Source of the DNA: Truepera sp.
GTDB lineage: Bacteria > Deinococcota > Deinococci > Deinococcales > Trueperaceae
DNA: 64,000 bases
Direction of reading: 5' to 3'
NCBI GenBank assembly: GCA_965218435.1
Contig: CBDCKW010000005.1
Span: forward strand, 544,001 to 608,000
Position 1 is the first letter of the stretch. Every line of letters begins with the position of its first letter. The translations under genes and the position numbers were made by a program. The notes under the pieces were generated by a model that did no database searches, was not told the DNA's origin, and was given only the letters and a program-made list of their open reading frames with translations. Shown piece by piece: positions 49,518 through 60,015 of this stretch.

Positions 49518-50276
49518 TCAACCTCTTTCTAGATAGTCGTAGATAATCTCGCCGGGAACTAACTGAAAGTCTGCTCGCCAGTAAAACGCCTCGAGCATCT
49601 CCCGAACCGGCAGCTTGTAAACCGGGGCCTGCGCGTTCGGCCTCAGCTCGACGGTGCCGGGGCCGCGCCAGCACTCGTGAACCGTCACGTTACTGAGGCG
49701 TCTCGAGGTCAGTTGCCGGATGGCGGGCCGCCCGTCGATATGGTTTACCGCCTTCAAGTTCAAATTGAGCGCGAAGTCCATGTAGTCGGACAACCCGCTT
49801 ATCTCGGCGCGTTGTTGCTTGTAGACGGTTGTCCCCGTAATCACCTCGAGCCTGTTGCGCGTCACCGTGCCGACGATGAGGTCACCCCTTACCTCGAGCT
49901 TCGGTTCGGCAAACTTTTTCGGTTGCCCGTGCAGCTCGCGCCCGTGCGCCACGCCGATGTCGCTGTTTAAGAACAGATAGGGCGAGTAAGCGCCCTCCGC
50001 CACACCCGGCAAGCTCGCCCCGACCATCACGTTGCACTCCTGATAATGGCCCAGATAGTCCACGTCGTGCATGTCGTAAAGGTGGATGAGGACGGTTTCG
50101 GAAGTGGCTTCGAGCGGCGGCGGTAGAAGTGCTTCGACGGCCTCCCGCTCCGTTTGGTACACGAGCGTCAAAATCTCGCAGTTGCGAAACCCCAAGGGGT
50201 AGGGCGGTACCAGGGGCGCGTCCCACGGGGTCGAGAAACCGCCGTCTAAGATGGTCTCGAGGCTGAGTCGGCTCAA
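49518..50276 (-). CDS. Acetoacetate decarboxylase family protein
   Basis: YQEC, GRELHGQPKK (Schiff-base Lys), ELRPNAQAPV. Confidence 0.85.
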   Translation of the reverse strand: MSRLSLETILDGGFSTPWDAPLVPPYPLGFRNCEILTLVYQTEREAVEALLPPPLEATSETVLIHLYDMHDVDYLGHYQECNVMVGASLPGVAEGAYSPYLFLNSDIGVAHGRELHGQPKKFAEPKLEVRGDLIVGTVTRNRLEVITGTTVYKQQRAEISGLSDYMDFALNLNLKAVNHIDGRPAIRQLTSRRLSNVTVHECWRGPGTVELRPNAQAPVYKLPVREMLEAFYWRADFQLVPGEIIYDYLERG

Positions 50277-51025
50277 GTGCCCTCCGCGAGACGCGGCGCA
50301 CCCTCAGGCGCAGGTTTACCGACGCGCTCGTAGTATTCGGCGGGAATATCTTTCGGGTCTTTGTAGATGTACCAGGTGCAGCTGCCGTCCGGGTCGCCGG
50401 TATACTCGGTGACGCGCAGCGGATGCCCGTAGTTTTCGATGGCTAAAATCTCGTTGACGTAGGCGCAGTGCCCGCAGTAGAGGCAGACGTTCTCCTTCCC
50501 CCAAGTCCAGTCGTGGGCGCTTTCGCTAAACCCGAACAGCTCCGGGTTAGGCTCTTTGCCCTCGGCAAGGCGTTTGATGGCGACGCCGCCCGAACCGCAC
50601 GGTTCCAAGTCGATACGCCAGCGTTTCCCCTCGTCGGTGACGCCTAGCTCACCGCGTCGCCTCGGCCCCATCAAGTGCCCACGCAGACCTTCGACGGTGA
50701 GCTGAAGCTGCGTCTCTGCGTCCGCCGCCATTACTGCGTCGTAGCGGTCACGGTAGTAGCTGCCGAGAATGGCGCGGTAGGCGTCCTCGAGCGCGTCCTC
50801 CCCTTGCGTTTTTTGAATATAGCTAAAAAACGACCAGGCCCAGTTCGCGTACATGTCGTGGACGACTTGCCACTCGAAGCGGGCGTACTCGAGCCGTTCC
50901 TTTGCCAGCTCCATATCGCCCTGCGCCATCGCCTCTTCGACCTGCGCGAGCGTCGCATGACCCTGTTCGGTCGGCGCTTCTTGCCGTAAAGAGCGCCCTA
51001 CAATGTCCGACGGTTTTAAGTTCAC
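50273..51025 (-). CDS. Hypothetical protein with probable metal-binding Cys/His motifs
   Basis: RGH, PCGSGG, YCGHC and CTWYIYK; 4-nt overlaps on both sides. Confidence 0.75.
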   Translation of the reverse strand: MNLKPSDIVGRSLRQEAPTEQGHATLAQVEEAMAQGDMELAKERLEYARFEWQVVHDMYANWAWSFFSYIQKTQGEDALEDAYRAILGSYYRDRYDAVMAADAETQLQLTVEGLRGHLMGPRRRGELGVTDEGKRWRIDLEPCGSGGVAIKRLAEGKEPNPELFGFSESAHDWTWGKENVCLYCGHCAYVNEILAIENYGHPLRVTEYTGDPDGSCTWYIYKDPKDIPAEYYERVGKPAPEGAPRLAEGT

Positions 51026-51855
51026 AGCTCCTCCTTGCCGGTTCCTTCTCCCGTAGTCTTTTCTTCTACAGCCTTTTTTGGGGGCGTTGCGCCGTAGCCC
51101 GTCCAACCGCCCGTGACGTTAATCTGCTCGCCCGTAATGAACCCGGCCTCTTTTGAAGCGAGGTAGGTGACCGCCACCGCCACCTCCTCGGACGTACACC
51201 AGCGGCCTAGCGGAATGCTTTTTAAGACGTTCGCCTCGAAGGTCTGCCAGTCTTGTTCCAGCAGCTCCGCCTTCGCCCGGAACCACCGTTCCATCCCCGT
51301 CCCCAGCCCGATGTGACCGGGGGCGACGGCGTTGACGGTGACGTTGTAGGGGGCGAGCTCGAGCGCCAAACACTGTGTCAAGCCCCAGACCGCGTATTTT
51401 GAAGCGATGTAGGCGCTCGAGAACGGGTTGCCCGTGAGCCGGGTGATGATGTTGACGATGCGCCCGCTCTCTTGCTTCATCAGGTGCGGCGCAGCGGCGC
51501 GGCAGACGTAAAAGCAGCCCCTCGAGTTCGTGGTGGCGATTTTTTCCCAGTCGTCGTCACTCAAATCTTTCAGGAGCTTCTGGATATGGACGCCCGCGTT
51601 ATTCACCACGATGTCCAAACGCCCAAAGTGTTCTACGGTCGTCTCAAGCAGAGCGTTGACCGAGGCGCTGTCCGTTACGTCTGTTTTTACCCCAAATCCG
51701 TTCAGTTCTTGTGCCGTCGTCTCCGTTTTCTCGTCATCAAGGTCGGCAATCACGACCTTGGCACCCTCGGCGTGGAGACGTGTAGCAATCGCCTTGCCGA
51801 TACCCGCTGCGCCGCCCGTGACGAGGGCAATTTGTCCTTTAAGCTGCTCGCTCAT
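51022..51855 (-). CDS. SDR oxidoreductase
   Basis: TGGAAGIG, NNAG, YIASK. Confidence 0.93.
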   Translation of the reverse strand: MSEQLKGQIALVTGGAAGIGKAIATRLHAEGAKVVIADLDDEKTETTAQELNGFGVKTDVTDSASVNALLETTVEHFGRLDIVVNNAGVHIQKLLKDLSDDDWEKIATTNSRGCFYVCRAAAPHLMKQESGRIVNIITRLTGNPFSSAYIASKYAVWGLTQCLALELAPYNVTVNAVAPGHIGLGTGMERWFRAKAELLEQDWQTFEANVLKSIPLGRWCTSEEVAVAVTYLASKEAGFITGEQINVTGGWTGYGATPPKKAVEEKTTGEGTGKEEL

Positions 51856-52661
51856 GAATACTTCCTTACGAGGTCGCGCATTTTGACGGTTTCGCTCAGC
51901 ACGTCATCTTGAAGCGTGCCCATATAAGCCTGGTGGACGTATTCGACGGCTAAATACCCGTCGTAGCCGGTTTCGCGCAGAGTGGCGAGCAGGGCGGGAA
52001 AGTTGAGTGTGCCTTCCTCGAGTTTTGCCTGCAAGACCCCGGCTCGCGCCTGCCGTAAATGGATATGCCCCGCGTGCGGTGCGAGAGCGTCGATTTCCTC
52101 CTGGCGATAACTCAAACAGACGAAGTGCGCGTAGTCGAGCGCGAGCTTTAAGTAGGGAACTTTCTCGAGCAAATCTAAAACGAGAGCGGGGCTCTCCAAA
52201 TACGAATGGACATGTTGCTCAATCGTCAAAACGACACCCGCAGCTTGGGCAAGGGGCATGAGTTCTTTGAGGGCGGTGGCGGTCTGCTCGAGCGCGTCCC
52301 GCCGCCCCTGTCCCCGGTTGAGGACACCCGGCAGGAGCATTACCGAGGGAATCGCGGCAGCTTTGCAAAACGTCATCACCTTTTGGAAGTCTCTAAGATT
52401 GTCTTTGAGGCTGCCAGGGTCGGCTAAGTTGCGGTCTTCCGGTGAAGCGCCGAAGAGATAGTAAAAGTTGCTCAGAGTAATGTCGTGTGCTTTTAGCTGT
52501 TCGGCTGCGCCTTCAGGGTCGGTTAGCAGCGCATCTTTGTCCAAAGCCGAACGGTAAAAAAGCCCTACATCCACCGCCCCGATGCCTAGAGCTTTGGCGA
52601 CACCGACCGTCTCTTTTAAGGTGCAGTGCGGAAAAGACCACGAGGTGACGGAGAGTTTCAT
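51852..52661 (-). CDS. Xylose-isomerase-like TIM barrel protein (sugar isomerase/epimerase/lyase)
   Basis: IEQH, LDYAH, HIHLRQ, AVEY metal-site pattern. Confidence 0.85.
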   Translation of the reverse strand: MKLSVTSWSFPHCTLKETVGVAKALGIGAVDVGLFYRSALDKDALLTDPEGAAEQLKAHDITLSNFYYLFGASPEDRNLADPGSLKDNLRDFQKVMTFCKAAAIPSVMLLPGVLNRGQGRRDALEQTATALKELMPLAQAAGVVLTIEQHVHSYLESPALVLDLLEKVPYLKLALDYAHFVCLSYRQEEIDALAPHAGHIHLRQARAGVLQAKLEEGTLNFPALLATLRETGYDGYLAVEYVHQAYMGTLQDDVLSETVKMRDLVRKYS

Positions 52662-53734
52662 GAAATCGCCTCGACTCGTCCCGACTTCGCCGACTTGTGC
52701 GCGGCTTCGATCACCTCGACCGCCCGCTGCGCGACCTCACCGGGGGCGTCGTTCGCCACCTGTTCTCCTAAGCAGATTTGGACGAAGCGCTCCAAGGGCT
52801 GATAGGACTCGTAAGCGCCGTCGCCGTCCTCGAGCGGCACAATCATATGGTTTCCGTCGTGCCGCCGCAGCTCCAGACGTTCTCGTTCGATGTCCAGGAG
52901 CATCACGCCTTCAGTACCGAAGATACGAAGGTCGATCTGGTACTGCTTGAGGTCGATGCCGTCCGTAGTCGGTTTCGGCAGAGTCGCAGCGCCGGACACC
53001 ACGCCCGTCGCGCCGTTTGTAAAACGCAGGTTGATGGCGTCGTAGTAGTCCACGCCGGTCGGTGACAGGCCCATCCAAGCGAAAACTTCTTTGGGCTCGA
53101 GCGGTACCGTACCGAACAGCAAACCCAGCGCGTGACAGAGCTGCCCGTAGCCGTAGCCCCCGGCCCGTTCCGGGTCGGCCCAGGTCGAGGCGGGTGGGCG
53201 AAAGGTCGCGCCTTCGGTCTCGAGCATCCCCTCGCCGCCGAACAGGTCGCCTAGAGCCGAGGCCATCTGACACACCACGTGGCGCACCTCGCCGAGTTGC
53301 GGCGCGAGGCGGCGCGCTTCGCGGGCGAAGGGGCGAAAGCTCCAGCCCTGGGGGATCATGATCTGTTTACCCTGTTCCTGGGCGAGGGCGACGAGTTCGC
53401 GGGCCTGGTCGCCGCGCACCGTCAGGGGCTTTTCGACCAAGACGTGCTTGCCGCTTTCTAACACCGCCTTGGCGTGTTCAAAGTGGTTGATGTGCGGCGA
53501 GGCGACGACCACGCCGTCTAGGTCGAGTTGGACGAGTTCTCGGTAGTCTTCGGTCGCGTGTTCAAAGCCGAACTGCTCGCGGACAGCTGCCAACTCTTCT
53601 CGTCCTAAACGGCAGACACCGACCAGCTCTACATCGTCTCGCTCCTTAAAAAAGGGCAGCTGAACGCTGGTCGCCCACCATCCCGCGCCGATAAAGCCGA
53701 GGCGCGCGCTGTCTTTCATGGTGCCTTTGTTCAT
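52658..53734 (-). CDS. Gfo/Idh/MocA oxidoreductase
   Basis: IGAGWW, ASPH..H, HVLVEKP. Confidence 0.92.
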   Translation of the reverse strand: MNKGTMKDSARLGFIGAGWWATSVQLPFFKERDDVELVGVCRLGREELAAVREQFGFEHATEDYRELVQLDLDGVVVASPHINHFEHAKAVLESGKHVLVEKPLTVRGDQARELVALAQEQGKQIMIPQGWSFRPFAREARRLAPQLGEVRHVVCQMASALGDLFGGEGMLETEGATFRPPASTWADPERAGGYGYGQLCHALGLLFGTVPLEPKEVFAWMGLSPTGVDYYDAINLRFTNGATGVVSGAATLPKPTTDGIDLKQYQIDLRIFGTEGVMLLDIERERLELRRHDGNHMIVPLEDGDGAYESYQPLERFVQICLGEQVANDAPGEVAQRAVEVIEAAHKSAKSGRVEAIS

Positions 53735-54447
53735 AAAGCCTCCTTTTGCCGGTCATACGCTTTCTTTACTCGCTCCAAATGACGCTGCATGGCGCGGCCT
53801 GCGGCTTCCGCGTCGCGCGCTTCGAGCGCCTGATAGATGGCGGTGTGGTCTTCATGACTGCGTTCCCGCACGCCGGGCAAGTTCACCGTCAGGCTCCGGC
53901 TGGCGCGGGTCAGCACGCTTAAACTCTGCACAATCTGTTTGAGTAGGGTGTTACTCGCTGCGTCGGTGATGACCTTGTGAAAGGCAATGTCGAGTTCGAG
54001 AAACGCCTCCGGGTCGTCAAGGACTGTTTCCCCCTCAGCGACGTAACATTTGAGCTGCGCGAGGTCTGTGTCGCTCAGGTGTTCGGCTGCGAGTCGCGTC
54101 AGACCGGCCTCGAGCACTGCGCGCGCTTCGAAAAGCATGTCGAGGTTGTCCGCCTCTAAGCTCACCAAAAAGTGCAGCGGCTGCAAGAGGCGCTCCGGAC
54201 TCAGCACGGCAACCCGAACCCCGTCGCCCTGACGAATATCGAGTACGCCGAGCAGCGACAGCGCCCGGAGCGCCTCCCGCAAACTGGGCCTGCCGACGCC
54301 TAACTGCGCCGCCAACTCACGTTCAGCCGGCAAGCGGTCTCCCGGTTTGAGGACGCCCGCCTGAATCAACCCCAAAACGCGCTGTGTGACCTGTTCGGCA
54401 ACCCCTTGTTTAGCGATGAGTTGCTCGAGGCCGCCAGGAGCTATCAA
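53731..54447 (-). CDS. GntR/FadR family regulator
   Basis: PGDRLPAERELAAQLGVGRPSLREAL; FCD domain D.AFH..H..H. Confidence 0.93.
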   Translation of the reverse strand: MIAPGGLEQLIAKQGVAEQVTQRVLGLIQAGVLKPGDRLPAERELAAQLGVGRPSLREALRALSLLGVLDIRQGDGVRVAVLSPERLLQPLHFLVSLEADNLDMLFEARAVLEAGLTRLAAEHLSDTDLAQLKCYVAEGETVLDDPEAFLELDIAFHKVITDAASNTLLKQIVQSLSVLTRASRSLTVNLPGVRERSHEDHTAIYQALEARDAEAAGRAMQRHLERVKKAYDRQKEAL

Positions 54448-55451
54448 CTTCCCATAACACGGGTACGCAGCTGGTCGAGACCGACGGCAAGCAAAAGGAC
54501 GACGCCCTGAGTCACGTCTTGCCAAAAGCTCGAGACGTTTAAGAGCACCAGCCCGTTGTTGAGCGTCCCGAGGATTAGAACGGCGAGCAGCGTCCCCCAG
54601 ATGCTGCCGCGCCCCCCGTAAAGACTCGTCCCGCCTAAAATGACGGCGGCAATGACCGTAAGGATGCTGTCCGACGCGGCAGTCGGCGCGCTGGCGCGGA
54701 GCATCGCCGCTAGCACCAGCCCGCTCACCGCGCCGCTGATTCCGGACAGGATAAAAAGCCGCGTCAGCACCCGGTTGACCGGAACGCCCGAGAGCCGACT
54801 CGCTTCTTTGTTACCGCCCGTCGCGTAAACGAAGCGGCCAAAACGTGTGCGCACCAGCACCCAAAAGAGGACGATGAAGGCGACGACCATCACGATAAGC
54901 GGAACGGGGACCCCCAGAACTCGCCCGGAGCCGATAAAAGTAAATCCTTCCGAGAGCAGCGGTTTGGTCAGGCCGCCCGTCAAGACGAGCGCGACACCTT
55001 CGCAGATACTGAGCATCCCCAAGGTGGCGATCAGCGCGTTGATCCCGACCCGAGTGACGAAAAAACCGTTGACCCAGCCGATTCCGGCGGCGACGAGCAG
55101 GGCCACCAAACAGGCCAGCCAGATGCTCCACCCGGCAGCGGCGAGCAGGCCGACGATCACCCCGCTCAACCCGGCAATCGCCGCGACGGACAAGTCCATC
55201 CCCCCGGCAATAATCAGGAGCGTCTGGGTCGCCGCCATCAAACCGATAAAAGCCATGTTGTTGCCGATACTCAGCAGGTTTCTGGTCGATAAAAAGAAGG
55301 GTGACAACACGGAAAAAACGATCATCAGGACGACGTAAAAGACAAGCAGCACGCCGACCCCGGCCCACGGTTTATTCAGCAGGTTACGCAGCGAGGCGTT
55401 CCCGGACGCGCCGCGCCCAGGGTTAGAGCTCCTTAGCTTGGGTTGCGACAT
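54444..55451 (-). CDS. Sugar ABC permease (RbsC-like)
   Basis: GGMDLSV, TRFGR..GGNKEASRLSG, AAVILGGTSL.GG.G. Confidence 0.95.
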   Translation of the reverse strand: MSQPKLRSSNPGRGASGNASLRNLLNKPWAGVGVLLVFYVVLMIVFSVLSPFFLSTRNLLSIGNNMAFIGLMAATQTLLIIAGGMDLSVAAIAGLSGVIVGLLAAAGWSIWLACLVALLVAAGIGWVNGFFVTRVGINALIATLGMLSICEGVALVLTGGLTKPLLSEGFTFIGSGRVLGVPVPLIVMVVAFIVLFWVLVRTRFGRFVYATGGNKEASRLSGVPVNRVLTRLFILSGISGAVSGLVLAAMLRASAPTAASDSILTVIAAVILGGTSLYGGRGSIWGTLLAVLILGTLNNGLVLLNVSSFWQDVTQGVVLLLAVGLDQLRTRVMGS

Positions 55452-56931
55452 CTAACAGCTCCTTTGTTTTGACGCCGCGCCGATATTCGCCGACGAGCAC
55501 GCCCCTGTTGAGTACGATCGACCGGTCGCACATCCCTTCGATCTCTTCGGCGTCCGTAGAGACAAGCAAAATTGCCATCCCCCGGTTTGCCAGCGTTTTA
55601 AGTTCCGCGTAGATTTCTTTGCGCGCCCCAACGTCTACGCCGCGCGTCGGTTCGTCCATGATCAAAAGGTCGACCCCCTCGACCAGCCAGCGGGCGATGC
55701 AGACTTTTTGCTGGTTGCCGCCACTTAGGTAACGGAGCTTTTGACCCGTCCCCCGGGCCTTGATCGATAGCCCTTTCATCCAGCGGTCCACGTATTCGTC
55801 TTCGGCCTGGCGGGAAACGTTGCCAAAGGTTGTGTAGCGTTCTAAAAAAGCCAGCGTCATGTTTTCGCGCACGCTCATGTCGGGGACTACACCCTCGGCC
55901 TTGCGTTCAGCGGCGATGTAGCCGATGCCCAAAGCTTTGGCCTGCATGGTGGTGGTCATGCTAAAAGGCTGCCCCTTAAAGCGAACCTTGCCCCGGACAG
56001 GTTTTTCCGCTGCGCCGAAGAGTGCCTTGCCGAGCGTGCCGATACCTGAACCGATCAGGCCGAACACGCCTAAGATCTCCCCTTTTTTTAGCTCGAAGCT
56101 TACGCCGTAAAGGACGCCTTCGATACTTAAATCCTCGACCTCGAGCAACGTTTCACCGTGTGGGGTTTGTTCTTGGGGATAAAGGTCGTCTACGGCGTTA
56201 CCGACCATCGCCAGCACCACATCCGCGTGAGACGCGTCTTGCGTCCGGTATTCGCCGGTCTTTTCACCGTCGCGCAAAACGACGATGTGATCGGAAATTT
56301 TAAAAACCTCGTTAAGATAGTGAGAGATATAGATGACGCTGACGCCGCGCGCGCACAGACGCCCGATGACTTCAAACAGCCGCGCGACCTCCTGGTTCGT
56401 CAGCGACGCGCTTGGCTCATCCATGACCAGGACGCGGGCGCGGCCTGCGAGGGCGCGGGCAATCTCTACCACGCGCTGCTCGGGAACCGACAGGTCTTTG
56501 ACGAGGGTTCTAGGGTCGACCTCGAGCCCGAGCTGAGCAAGCAGTTCACGCGCTTCTTCGCGCATCCGTTTGGTGTCGAGTTGAAGTAGCCCGAGCTGCC
56601 GTTTGAGCGGCAACTGTCCAATAAAGATATTTTCTTCGACGCTCATCTCGGGGATAACCGAGATTTCTTGCGGCAGCATCCTTACGCCCTTCTCAATAGC
56701 TTCAAAGGGCGTGTTAAAAACGGTCTCTTCACCGTCTAGCTGCACCACACCGTCGTCGCGAGTGTATTCCCCGCAAAGGATTTTAATAAGTGTCGATTTG
56801 CCCGCCCCGTTCTGGCCCAATAGGGCCAGAACTTCACCTTCACCCAAACTGAGGTCGACGCCTTTTAAGACGGGCACGCCGCCGAAAGACTTCCAGATAC
56901 CCGACATCTCGAGGCGTGAAGCAGGTGTCAC
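55423..56931 (-). CDS. Sugar ABC ATPase (RbsA-like)
   Basis: GQNGAGKST, LSGGNQQK, DEPTRGVDVG. Confidence 0.95.
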   Translation of the reverse strand: MTPASRLEMSGIWKSFGGVPVLKGVDLSLGEGEVLALLGQNGAGKSTLIKILCGEYTRDDGVVQLDGEETVFNTPFEAIEKGVRMLPQEISVIPEMSVEENIFIGQLPLKRQLGLLQLDTKRMREEARELLAQLGLEVDPRTLVKDLSVPEQRVVEIARALAGRARVLVMDEPSASLTNQEVARLFEVIGRLCARGVSVIYISHYLNEVFKISDHIVVLRDGEKTGEYRTQDASHADVVLAMVGNAVDDLYPQEQTPHGETLLEVEDLSIEGVLYGVSFELKKGEILGVFGLIGSGIGTLGKALFGAAEKPVRGKVRFKGQPFSMTTTMQAKALGIGYIAAERKAEGVVPDMSVRENMTLAFLERYTTFGNVSRQAEDEYVDRWMKGLSIKARGTGQKLRYLSGGNQQKVCIARWLVEGVDLLIMDEPTRGVDVGARKEIYAELKTLANRGMAILLVSTDAEEIEGMCDRSIVLNRGVLVGEYRRGVKTKELLDVATQAKEL

Positions 56932-56934
56932 CGG

Positions 56935-58116
56935 CTACTCTGTAGGGATGATGGCTTCGTAGCCCGCGTAGTTGGGGTTGGCGCGGACGCTCTCCAAGTG
57001 TGCTTGATACGCGTCTTGGGGAAACTCGTAGGTAAAGTCCGGGTAGCCTTCCGGCGTTTTACATTCGCGGTCCTTGTAATACTCACAGACGTTCATCGGC
57101 GTCACCATCACGTGCTTGACGAGCACAGCGGCGGGCACCTCTTGCCCTGCCAACGTTGCCAGCGCCGTCGGGATAAGGTAGTTTCCGTAACGCTCCGGGA
57201 AGTATCCGGGCGAGGCGATAAAGTCGGGCTCGCCGGTCAAGCTGTCGAGTTCATCTGCACCCATACCGACGAACAGCGCGTCGCCCTCGCGTCCGGCAGT
57301 CTGCACCGCGCGCAACATCCCGGTGGTGGCTTGGTCGTTGATCGCAATGCCCATGACTGGAACATCTTCGGGAATACGGCCTAGAGCGTTACTCATCTGG
57401 CTGAAAGACTCCTCGAGCGTGTTTTTGGTGTCGATTTCGATAATGTGATCCTCTGGAAAGCCCTCAGCCGAGGCGAGAAATCCTGCACGCTGCCCCCCTG
57501 TACGCAGTGCCGGGATTGCGCCAGACTGCGGCAGTGCCCCGATAACCAGGTACCCGTCGTTTAGGCGGTCGCCGAACTTTGCTTGGGCAGCTTGCGCCAG
57601 GTAAGACCCGCCCATAAAGCCCGAACGCGGGTTGTTCGCACCGAAAAAGGTCGCGCCCTCCATCGGGATATCGATAGCGATCACCGGAATATCCGCATTA
57701 TTGAACTCTTCCATGATCACGGAGCCGAAGTTCGCGTCGGTTTGAAACTCTATTACGAAGTCAACGTTACGCTGCACAAAACTCTGAGCATTTGAAAGCG
57801 CAGTAGGGCCGTCAAGCCGGTTGTCGGCAATAACCAGTTCGATACCTGCTGCCTTAGCATTTTTCACAATCCCTTGCTCTGTCAAGATGCCGAAGGCAAT
57901 ATCACGCTGCAGGTTGGCAAAGGCAAAAACGTAATTTTCCCCGTTTTTAGGGGGCGTGACCTCTTTGGCTGCCGCGACCATCTGCTGCAGCGTTTCGGCG
58001 TTCAACATCTCGCCGTCGTAGGTCTCTGGGCTGAAGCCGAAAAAATCCTGAGCTGACGCGAGACTCGAGCCGAGTAGTAATACATATACAAGAACTACGA
58101 AACTTACAACTTTCAT
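56935..58116 (-). CDS. Sugar ABC substrate-binding protein
   Basis: Signal peptide, PVIAIDIP, FGANN..G, IND; first gene of the operon. Confidence 0.9.
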   Translation of the reverse strand: MKVVSFVVLVYVLLLGSSLASAQDFFGFSPETYDGEMLNAETLQQMVAAAKEVTPPKNGENYVFAFANLQRDIAFGILTEQGIVKNAKAAGIELVIADNRLDGPTALSNAQSFVQRNVDFVIEFQTDANFGSVIMEEFNNADIPVIAIDIPMEGATFFGANNPRSGFMGGSYLAQAAQAKFGDRLNDGYLVIGALPQSGAIPALRTGGQRAGFLASAEGFPEDHIIEIDTKNTLEESFSQMSNALGRIPEDVPVMGIAINDQATTGMLRAVQTAGREGDALFVGMGADELDSLTGEPDFIASPGYFPERYGNYLIPTALATLAGQEVPAAVLVKHVMVTPMNVCEYYKDRECKTPEGYPDFTYEFPQDAYQAHLESVRANPNYAGYEAIIPTE

Positions 58117-58182
58117 ATCTACCTCCCGTAAGATTTTTACGGCAGAAATCTGCCCGATCGAACTTCATTCGTCTATCTGTAA

Positions 58183-58221
58183 TGGTAAGACCACTTTACC
58201 TTTTAGGCCCAGCTTTGTCAA
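58183..58221 (-). promoter_or_regulatory. Sigma70-type promoter with FadR-type operator
   Basis: TTGACA (58221-58216), 17-bp spacer, TAAAGT (58198-58193); palindrome TGGTnnnACCA at 58183-58193. Confidence 0.75.
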
Positions 58222-58388
58222 CACCGAGCATATTTGAGAGCTAGAAAAGAAACCAGGAAAGTGCGTGGCCGCGCTCGTATGGTTCTAGAGCGGGTGAGGC
58301 ATAAGGCAAGTAGCCCGCTCAGCTGCTCAGCACTCTTTGCTTACACGACAGGCGCAGGTATATACAGGAAAGCCTTCATTTGTAGAGG

Positions 58389-59607
58389 TGACCTGACCCC
58401 GATAGCGGAACCAGGATCATCTTAAGTCAAAAGCCAATTTGGTATAGCAGGGTTCGGCAGGATCAGCCAAGCCTCAGGAGCGGGAGGGCGGTAGCAGTTG
58501 TAGTGATCTCGCCAGTGGGCGATGAGGATCTGGGCTTCATTCGAGGGAAGTGAAGACCTCGCCATTCAGGAGTTCGTATCTGAGCTTGCCTTTAAATGAT
58601 TTGATGTAGCCGTTTTCTCAGGGGCTACCCGGTTTGATAAAGAGCATGTTGATCTGCAGGCGTTTGAGCCAGCGTTTCACAGCCTTAGCGCAAAACTCAG
58701 GACCGTTATCGCTGCAGATATGTGCCAGTGGACCTTTGCGGAGAAACAGTTCCGAGAGCGTTTCCAAGACGCGGGTCGAGTTGAGTTTGCGTTAAAATCT
58801 GATCGCAAGACATTCACGAGTGAATTCATCGACGACCGTCAGCATCCGAAATCCTCTGCCGTTGCTGGTCTTATCGGCGACAAAGTCATACGCCCAGACG
58901 TGTTCCTTGTGTTCAGGTCTAAGTCTGAGACACGAGCGGTCACTCAACCATAGCCGTCTGAGCTTGGGCTGTCTGACAGGAACTTTGAGTCCCTCCTGAC
59001 ACCATGTCCGCTGGATGCTCTTGCTGTTGATAGCCAACCCTGAAGTCTTAGTAAGACAGTGATCCGGCAATAGCCATAACGCCCATACTGCTTGGCGAGA
59101 TCGGTAATCACTGTCGTTAAGCGTGTCTCATCAGACTTGACCTTAATGACTCGACATTGAACCGAGCGATGTTGACCCAATGTCCGGCGCGCTCTACGCT
59201 CTGACACCCCTAAACGCTCGCCCACCGCGTTGACACAATGGCGGCGGCGTTCAGGGCTCAAAAGTTTTCCTTGGCCGCCTCTTCCAAAATTAGCTTGTTC
59301 AAAGTTAAGTCAGCTACTGCTTTACGAAGCCGAGCGTTCTCTCTCTTGACTTCCTTCAATCGTTCGTTTAGCTTGATCGACCTGCATGCCCCCGTACTCT
59401 TTTCGCCACCGGTAGTAGATGACTTCGCTGACCTGTAGCGTGCTGACCACCTCGGCGACGCTTGCCCCTTTATTCAGCCGTACCTCGACTTCCCGGAGTT
59501 TGCTGATAATTTCCTTTGGCTTATACGTCTTCTTAGGCATTTCTACCCCGACTAAAATTAATCTGGCGCTATCAATGCGCCTGGATTCCTTTTAGAAAGT
59601 CAGGTCA
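58389..59607 (-). mobile_element. Decayed IS3 family element (IS407-like)
   Basis: TIRs begin TGACCTGAC at both ends; orfA YYRWRKEYGGM; orfB RYGY, WAYDFV, VVDEFTRECL; several frameshifts. Confidence 0.9.
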
Positions 59608-60015
59608 TCCTCTCTGCGGCACTTCGGCCCGTTAGCTGCTTAAGCTTTCCGACTAGCGTTCGATCCAGTTCTCGACCTGCAGGCCGCCAATACGCTCGAA
59701 GTGACGCAGGTTCCCCGTGATGACTACAAGATTGTGTTCGAGCGCGGTTGCAGCAATCATCAGATCAGCGTCTGCCAGCCGCTCGCCACGAACTTCCAAA
59801 GCAGCTTTCAGTTCTCCGAACCGTTCCATTTCGGCCGTGCTGAGAGGGATAGCTAGAAGCAGCGCCCTTAGGCTGTCCACCTCAGCTTTGCGCTCGGTGC
59901 GCCGCTCACTTTTTGCCGCGCCGTAGTACAGCTCTCCGATGCACACACTACTCGTGCAGAGTGCGCTTAAGGGAGCGCCAAGCAGCTTTTGCCGAACGTC
60001 CTCACGACCACGGAG

